This document shows, in pieces, positions 63,577 through 64,000 of a stretch of DNA of 64,000 bases. Below the pieces are notes generated by a model. The model had not been told where the DNA came from, did not search any database, and saw only the letters and a list, made by a program, of their open reading frames with translations. Both the position numbers and the translations under genes were made by a program. The first letter of the stretch is position 1. Each line of letters opens with the position of its first letter. Source of the DNA: Octopus sinensis (lineage: Eukaryota); assembly GCF_006345805.1 (NCBI RefSeq), contig NC_043000.1, positions 73,284,001 to 73,348,000 of the forward strand, in the 5' to 3' direction.

Positions 63577-64000
63577 GTAAGACAATTTTTTTCAAGTTTG
63601 TTTCACACACGCATTTTTGCTAGTACATACGTGGTGAAGCTATACATTAGCGTCGTATTTATTACATTCGCTATTTCCCAGTAAATATCGGTACTTCGTT
63701 GTACCATATATTTACTTCTATGTATAATTTTCCCTCACGGGCTATTCTTCACTGGAAAGCAATACTCTCGTATTGCATTACTATTTTTATTGAAACTTCT
63801 TCACTGTTCTCGTTCTGTCAGTGTTTTGGCGTTTCAGTCGAGTGTAATGGCATTGATGCAGCAACATTTGAAATGTTGTCGAGGTATATGTTGGCTGATG
63901 AAGATAAATCAAGTATATGTGTGCAGACATATCTTGAAAAATCTGAAACCGGTACCACATTATCCCTTTCTTGGTATTTCATCTTTCAGATGTTCTCCCT

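Overview
AT-rich, microsatellite-rich animal DNA. The tRNA-derived SINE, RTE and mariner content points to an octopus (coleoid cephalopod); this is an inference. The window is mostly one intron-rich + strand gene that the ORF track almost entirely misses. I assembled 10 coding exons by hand (4137-56204) with GT-AG sites and matching phases at all junctions but one. They encode three divergent CUB-like domains, each on a 3-exon module, then a Ser/Thr-rich stalk, one transmembrane helix and a short tail. The 5' (signal peptide) exons are probably upstream of the window. The introns and the 3' flank are packed with decayed transposons: three Ty3/Gypsy elements, several RTE LINE copies, an R4/Dong-like LINE fragment, mariner (DD34D) and maT-type (DD37D-like) elements, piggyBac-like MITEs, Helentron-like ends, Penelope-like fragments and SINEs. 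The most unusual items are: (1) a TTAA-flanked ~218-bp inverted-repeat element enclosing a telomere-like TTAGGG/TTTTAGGG tract; (2) an RTE with a PHD-type finger after RT and a tandem array of predicted H-type pseudoknots in its 3' UTR; (3) minimal hammerhead ribozyme remnants; (4) a 1-nt phase conflict in the CUB gene; (5) a repeated acceptor with a 15-nt microexon candidate at the right end. All calls were made by eye without database searches, and transposon boundaries are approximate unless a TIR or TSD is quoted.
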